Below the pieces are notes generated by a model. It was not told where the DNA came from, searched no databases, and worked only from the letters and a program-made list of their open reading frames with translations. From assembly GCA_964016885.1 (NCBI GenBank), contig OZ024748.1, positions 33,728,001 to 33,792,000 on the forward strand: a stretch of 64,000 nt of DNA. The letters run 5' to 3'. Positions 56,179 to 64,000 of this stretch are shown piece by piece. Numbering within the stretch: the stretch's first letter is position 1; every line of letters begins with the position of its first letter. The translations under genes were made by a program, and so were the position numbers. Source of the stretch: Eledone cirrhosa. Its lineage: Eukaryota.

Positions 56179-57098
56179 TTATCCCCCTGCCAGATCTTTT
56201 GTACAACAAAGAGCGAAATATCGTATAGTAATGGGCCAGTGGTGCATATGTCATGACAATAGCCCAAGGAGTGTCCAGCACGTTGTGAAATTTTGTGATC
56301 ATCGAGTATAGGACAGAGTCGATGTAGAGATGATATGGCAAGATGTGTGTGTCAGGAAGAGAAAAAGAAATAAACTATAAAATGACTTTGACCAGATTTA
56401 TGCAGGCGTGATGAATGAACCTGTTGCAATTTGGGTTGAGCTGCCTGTGAATTGCGTGACAAAAAGTCTAACTGGGCAGTGAAGATAACCGTAATGTGTG
56501 AACTGAATGGCTGTAAGCATGCTGCCTAAAAGTAACAGTTTGCTCCACAGCATATGACTTGAGCGAATGCATGTGGTAAAAAATAGCGAGGCATTCTCGG
56601 GCTATTGAGTGAATGTGTACGTGAAAAAAGAAGGCCAATGTTTTGAGGCTGCGATTTGTGAAATGCGTGATCAAAGAGAAAACATTTTGTAGTGTAAGAG
56701 TTAGAGGGACAAAAAATCTATTGCTCAGTGTATGAACCAAAAGGTAAAACAAACGTGGTTTTGTAGTGTGCATGAAAAACAGAATATGTACACGCCTTGT
56801 ATGTATATAAAAATTATGGCAATTACGCAATTAATGTTACAGAACAAGAAAAAGAAAAATGTTTGCAAAACAAGAGAGAGAAGAAAAAAAATGTTATACA
56901 CAATGCTATACACAATGTTTGTTCTTAAATAGTGTTTGTAATAGATAATGTTCATAATAAATAATGTTCTTCGTGACATGGTCACTAAAAATTGCAATTG
57001 TTCAAGCAGAAAGTTCATTGTATTTGAAACTGGAAATAGTAAACACAAGGGAAATGGGAATGTTTTACAAGAAGAATGATTAAGAAACTCATTTGAGG

Positions 57099-59018
57099 TT
57101 AACGGTAATTCACATATTGTGCCAACTTGGCGGGCCAATGGACACGTCGTCCACTTCTCGTGACTGGAGATGAAATAAGTGGCTTGCTGGGACAGCAATC
57201 TATTGGAGTTTCTGGTGTAGAGACTGTAACAGTATCCATGATGGCTTTTTTTAATCTGTCCACGCTGACAGAATTCTGTTTACCATCTAGATCGAGAATA
57301 AAATATTTCGGATATTTTTTTAGAACACGATAAGGGCCAAAATATGGAGGTCGAAGATGAGCTGAGATGGTGTCGTTTCGAACGAAAACGTGTGTCCAAT
57401 CTTTAATGTCTGAAGGTACGTGTGTGGCCGTGTTCTGTTGACGGGTGCTTGTAGAAGCAAGGTGAGACATATATTGTCGAAGACGGTGTACGTATGACCT
57501 GGGTCTGGAACATCCTGAGGAGAGATGGGAGCAACCATCTGACCAGGTAGAACCACGGTGGTGCCGTACACTAATTCTGCAGGTGCGTGTCCGAATTCCT
57601 CCTTAACGGTGGATCGAATGCCCCGAAGGATGAGTGGCCGATATTCAAACCAGTGGGTCTTGTCTGGATATGCTTTTATTGCAGCTTTCAATTGGCGATG
57701 GAATCTTTCCACGAGACCATTAGCTTGCGGGTGATAAGCTGTCGTGCGGATGTGTTTACATCCTAACAGGCGAGTCAGATCCCTGAAGAGGTGGGAGTCA
57801 AACTGGCGTCCTCTGTCCGTTGTTATCTTCGCTGGGGCGCCATAACGTGATACCCAGTGTAAAACCAAAGTTTTAGCGACTTTCCGCTGAGGTATCATTT
57901 ATGGGAAAAGCCTCAGGCCAACAGGAAAATCGATCTATGCAGGTGAGCAAGTGTGTGTAGTTCTGTGATGGTGGTAGAGGTCCGACGATGTCGATATGCA
58001 CATGATGAAAACGTGCATCAGGTTGCGCGAATGTGCCGAGTGGAGTTTTGATGTGTGTGGACTTTGGCTTTCTGGCAGGCAATACAGCTCCTGGACCAGT
58101 CACGCATGTCTTTGTTAATGTTAGTCCACATAAAACGAGCAGAGATGAGTTTATGTGTAGCCCGGATTCCCGAGTGAGACAAGCAGTGTAAAGCAGAAAA
58201 AACTTGTCGACGATGCATCTGTGATACGTACGGTTGTTCATAACCGGTAGAAAGGTCGCACCAAATTTGTCCCGGAGAAGAAGGAATGGGAACTTGCTGA
58301 AACTTGAGGGATAGCGAATCTCGGAGCTTGATAAACTCTTCGTCAGTCTCTTGGTCAGCTGCGATCTGTTGAAGGTCGATGCCTGAATGCACATGTATTG
58401 CGTTCAGCTGGATTCGGGACAGGGCGTCGGCTGCTACGTTGTCTGATCCCCTGATATGCCGAATATCAGTTGAATATTGGGCGACAAAATCCAGGTGTCG
58501 GAGTTCTCTCGGTGAATGTCGATCAGGTTTGGCACGGAACGCATAAACTAGTGGTTTATGGTCGGTGTAGATCACGAAATCCGACCCTTCGAGCATATGC
58601 CGAAAATGCTTAACCGAAAGATAGGTTGCCAAGAGTTCGCGGCCAAACGTACTGTATTTCGTTTCTGCAAGTTGCAACCGCTTAGAAAAAAAGGATAAGG
58701 GTTGCCAAACGCCGTCGACATGTTGTTGTAAAACGCCTCCAACCCCCGTGTCTCATGCGTCCACTAGCAGCGAAAGAGGAGCGCCGGACCTGGGGAAAAC
58801 GAGCATGGAAGCGTTTGCCAACATTTCCTTCAGGCGGTTAAAAGATGTTAATTCTTCCTCGTTTAGAGTGATCTCTTCGTTTTTGCGAGTCTGGTTGCGA
58901 AGAAGGTCCGTGAGGAGTCTGGCTGCGTCGGAACAATGAGGGATGAAACGCCTATAAAAATTCACTAGACCGAGGAATTCACGCAGTTTCCGAAGTGATG
59001 TAGGTGCGGGAAAACTGC
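57099..59018 (-). pseudogene. pol: Gypsy pol remnant: RT C-terminus, RNase H, integrase (HHCC, DDE core, GPY/F)
   Basis: LREFLGLVNFYRRFIP, RELLA..YTDHKPL, HIDIVGPLP, TTDRGRQF, TAYHPQANGLVERFHRQLK, PYFGPYRV; split by a stop and frameshifts. Confidence 0.93.
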
Positions 59019-59082
59019 GGCTGTACAAGTATATAAGTATGAAAAGCTCCTTTAAAATATATATATACATCAACCATACTTT

Positions 59083-59405
59083 CTGTTAAAGACTGGAAAG
59101 AAATGAAGTTTACATGATCTGATAGATGTGTAATAGTGTGCATGAACAACAAGTATTAATAAACTAAGAGAGAAACTAGGCATAAGAGAGGTCAGATGCA
59201 GTGTATAGGAGAGGAGATTGTGGTGGTTTGGACATATGAAGTATATGGAAGATGACAGCTGATAAAAAGGTACAGGGTTGTCAAAGTCGATGTTAACTAT
59301 GAAAGCTTGGGATGAAATAATAAAAGTTCACATTGCCCAATGGAAATATCACCTCTCAATGGAAATGTCACAGGATCGAGACCTCTGGCGTCATGCTGTA
59401 GAAGA
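59083..59405 (+). mobile_element. Decayed RTE LINE, 3' continuation of 50790-53192
   Basis: RLERNE resumes the ED codons left at 53190; RRLWWFGH and QDRDLWRHAV C-terminal motifs. Confidence 0.75.
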
Positions 59406-59752
59406 CCCCCCCCCCCATTTCACTTATGCTGAAAATGAAATAATACAAACGTGTAGAGAACACACTAGTCTGCACCAATCTTCTCTTCACCCCTCCCCAT
59501 TCATAATACCCTGCCCTCACCTGCTAACTATCCCTTACACCTCGTTGATGCTACAACAATAAAAACACCCAGTTCATCCTGTAAGGTGGTCATACAAAAG
59601 TGTGCAGTTCACATTGTAACGTGTTTCATCCAGCCTTAGAAATCAAACCAAAATACACATCCATATGAGCAACACCTGGTCTCCACACCTGACATGTCTC
59701 ATAACGTGACAACCTGTTTAACCCATGCAGGTGTGATAAATATGAACGTTAA

Positions 59753-59800
59753 ATGATAATGTTGATGATGATGATGATGATTATGATGATGATGATGATG
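59753..59800 (+). repeat. (GAT)n microsatellite, probable retroposon 3' tail
   Basis: Follows AACGTTAA; same tail type as the RTE fragment at 62018. Confidence 0.8.
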
Positions 59801-59929
59801 GTACATATAAACAAACGTAACATAGTAAAGTACCAAGGGAGACAACTCCAACTTTGCTCAATTAAATCCCATGTTAGTATGATTGAGCGGACTTAAAATT
59901 AAAGTTGTTCCAACCGTGACTATCATGTT

Positions 59930-59974
59930 TATATATATATATATATACACACATAAATGTATGTGTGTGTGTGT
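59930..59974. repeat. (TA)n/(CA)/(TG)n compound microsatellite
   Basis: Seen directly. Confidence 0.9.
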
Positions 59975-60679
59975 CTAAACTGCAGAATATGGTCTTTGTT
60001 GTTGTAAGACAGTAGAGGGTGATATTTGGCTGCTATTTCTACCAGGTCAAGTAACCAGGTAGGAGACTCACTCGTTGATAATAATAAATATTTCGCTGAG
60101 TGATGCTGCTTGTTTTACCATGGGTGGATACAATTGATGGAGTGAATTGATATAACTGAAGGTCTTTCTGAAGGTATTAAATTATGTCAGGGACTTTTAA
60201 CGTATGACACCGGCTTTATTTAAGAGCTGGGAAATATTGTCACCGACACCACGTACCTGCTATCTTAATTATAATTTTAATTAATCTAATTATATAGCAA
60301 TTATCTCATGTTAACGTGAAAGTTATAGAGTCAGCTACATGTTCCAGGGTAGGTGTTCCATAACCTACATGATTAAATATTTCATTTCATGAGAAACTAC
60401 GCTACATCGTGAATTGGTTGTTCCACATTTTACAGAACAGTGAGAAATAGGTTTAAATCACCAACATCTGAACAATTAGCTTTCCTGGTCTTGACTTTAC
60501 ATTTGGACTTGAAATATAAAGTACGTATTATTTGTATTGTCAACACACCAGTCGGTGGTGAACAATCCTCATTTATTAAGACACAAACACACACACTCTC
60601 TCTTAAACTTTCTTATACCGACATCTGTCTTACACAGTCATATATCTTCAGAACTTCGAAGAATTCTTCAAGAATTACT

Positions 60680-61924
<1,245 letters not shown>

Positions 61925-62017
61925 GACACCTTCCTCTTACAAATATAAACCTATTGTCCACCAACATCTTGAGGGAACCCTTAGTAGTTTTTACAGACTC
62001 CAAACATTGCTTGTCAT

Positions 62018-62290
62018 CATCATGCATCCACTTTTCCCTGCTTGCAAGGGTGAGATGGGTCCTATTCAGCACAGCATCTCTCCACTTGTCACAGTCCTTC
62101 GTCATCTATGTGAGCTTCAGTGATCTGAGGTCTGCTCTCACCACCTCCGCCCATGTTTTTCGTGGTCTTCCTCTACTACGTCTTCCTTCTACTGGGATTT
62201 CTTAACACTTCTTTACCTAGCGGTCATACTCCATGTGCATCACATGTCCATACCATCGCAGTTTTCTCTCCCGCACACAACAACTTATCC
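62018..62290 (-). mobile_element. 5'-truncated RTE LINE 3' fragment with 8-bp TSD
   Basis: CTTGTCAT at 62010-62017 and 62291-62298; minus translation KLRWYGHV..EGRRSRGRPRKTW; (GAT) tail; empty site at 48993-49000. Confidence 0.9.
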
Positions 62291-62743
62291 CTTGTCATTT
62301 TAAAATATATTTTTAGCTGGAATTAAATTCTTATTCATATCTATTCCTTGTCTTCTTGAAGTCATTTTTAATCTATGCAAACAATTTCATCAGTCTTTTG
62401 CCAACACCAACTTCCCTGCTTTTGTTATCTGCGGGGTGCAACCTCAACATTGCCTTAAGTCCAGAGCCGTAGAGCCCATGCTTTTCCTTTCCTTTTCTGT
62501 TTTTGAATACTTGTGTTTTTCTAATTATTATATAGCCATTCATAGAGTTACTCATTATTAAAATTGTGTATATTTCTTTAAAATTAAAACTGATATACTT
62601 CCCTGGTGGAGTGTGTATCTCCTGATAATGCTGTGTTTTGTCTGTCAGAAATTTCAGATTATGCCATAGCTTGTATCAGAAATTTGTAGCAAGCAATGGC
62701 ACTATTCCATAGCTGTGGAATAATTTGGCTATACTCTGTGTTA

Positions 62744-64000
62744 GTCGAAGGTAGTATAATAAGTAAGGCAATCAAAGATATGAAGGCGGCTGGGCCTTCG
62801 GAAATAGTTGCTGAGATGCTGAAAGCCTCTGGAACGGTGGGACACACCATGGTCACCCGGATAGTAAACCAAGTTATACAGAATGGGGTTGTTTCGAAGG
62901 ACTGGCATAGCAGCATCATCATTAACTGTTACAAGGGTAAAGGAGATGCCCTAGATAGGAGTAACTATAGAGGCATAAATTAATCGACCAGGTCATGAAG
63001 GTCACGGAAAAAGTAATAGCACAACTAATCAGAGAGAGAATTGATCTAGATGAAATACAGTTCGGGTTTGTGTCAGGCAAAAGTACCACAGACGCTCTTT
63101 TCATTGTACGACAACTACAGGAGAAGTACCTAGCTAAAAGTAAACCCCTATACTTAGCTTTTGTCGACTTGGAGAAAGCCTTCGACAGAGCCTCCCGTTC
63201 CATCATCTGGTGGGCTATTAGAAAACTAGGTGTTGATGAATGGCTTGTGAGAGCTATACAAGCCATGTATAAAGAAACAGTCAGCAAGGTTAGAATTAAC
63301 AACGAATATAGTGAAGAGTTTAGCGTAAAAGTTGGTGTTCATCAGGGCTCCGTTCTTAGCCCCCTACTATTTATTATTGCCCTTCAGGCTATAACAGTGG
63401 AGTTCAAGACCGGCTGCCCATGGGAACTGCTATACGCAGATGATCTAACGCTCATAACTGAATCAATGGCCGAGCTAGAGAAGAAATTCCAAACATGGAA
63501 GCACGGCCTAGAATCAAAAGGCCTTAAAATTAACCTGGCTAAGACTAAAGTTCTAGTTTGTAGGAAGGAAAATAGGGCGCCGGTCCCATCCGGGAAATGG
63601 CCATGCTCAGTGTGTAGGAAAGGCGTAGGTAGAAACTCCATTTTATGTCCCAAATACAAAGTATGGGTGCATAAAAGATGTAGTGGGATCACAGGTAAGC
63701 TAACTAAGAACATAGATTTTTTTCATGTGGCCGGAGCTCTGGTGCAATAAGTAGCAGCAAGTGCCCACAAAATACTAGCTCTTTCAATTGCACAGAGGGT
63801 TCTATAGAAATAGTGGAAAGCTTCCGTTACCCTGGGTGACAAAATCAGCAGTGGGGGAGGGTGCTCTGAAAGTACAGTAGCTAGAGTCAGAACTGGATGG
63901 AAAAAGTTCAGAGAGCTTATACCACTATTAGCCGCTAAAGGGTTCTCCCTAAAAATGAAAGGCAGGCTGTATGATGCCTGCATACGAACAGCAATGTTGC
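62744..64000 (+). mobile_element. RTE-clade LINE, 5'-truncated RT region, frameshifted; runs off the right edge
   Basis: NYRGI, QFGF, FVDLEKAFD, GVHQGSVLSPLLF, LLYADD, KTK motifs; frameshifts near 62980 and 63720. Confidence 0.93.

Larger units (their letters stand above)
55705..59027 (-). mobile_element. Ty3/Gypsy LTR retrotransposon, internally deleted
   Basis: AGTA TSD at 55701-55704 and 59028-59031; RNase H and integrase on the minus strand; PPT next to the 3' LTR. Confidence 0.9.

Noticed and set aside
56468-57098. Extra ORF downstream of the Gypsy integrase
   Set aside because: AT-rich, low-complexity translation; consistent with 3' UTR
53192-59086. CTGT as a TSD for the whole LTR complex
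   Set aside because: TGT also starts the second repeat at 55211, so it likely belongs to the element; 4-bp match ambiguous
60440-60679. 80-aa N-terminal extension of the ZNF ORF
   Set aside because: Starts at GTG directly after an acceptor-like TTTTACAG context; homologous region has indels in the paralogs; first ATG is 60680. An upstream spliced exon cannot be excluded

Overview
Eukaryotic (animal) genomic DNA; the zinc-finger style and short repeats suggest an octopus-like cephalopod, but that is inferred from recalled repeat motifs, not from a search. About 44 kb of positions 1-47,390 is a G-rich 30-bp tandem satellite (GACATTAGGTGGAGTGAATCAGTGGTGGTG) with nested higher-order repeats. Four copies of a C2H2 zinc-finger pseudogene, each disrupted by a piggyBac-type MITE, sit in or at the edge of this array (32.4, 34.6, 44.6, 47.4 kb). 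Three are truncated at the same point and fused back into satellite. Positions 49-60 kb are a nested transposon pile: a decayed RTE LINE carrying a mariner-like MITE, a piggyBac MITE, a non-coding LTR-like element, a solo LTR and an internally deleted Ty3/Gypsy element. Then come an apparently intact paralogous 10-finger ZNF gene (60,680-61,672) and more RTE LINE sequence. Most notable: satellite and ZNF pseudogene amplified together as one unit, and a single satellite-like monomer lies at the matching position upstream of the intact paralog, suggesting the satellite arose inside this gene family. The many repetitive ORFs in 1-47 kb are satellite translations.
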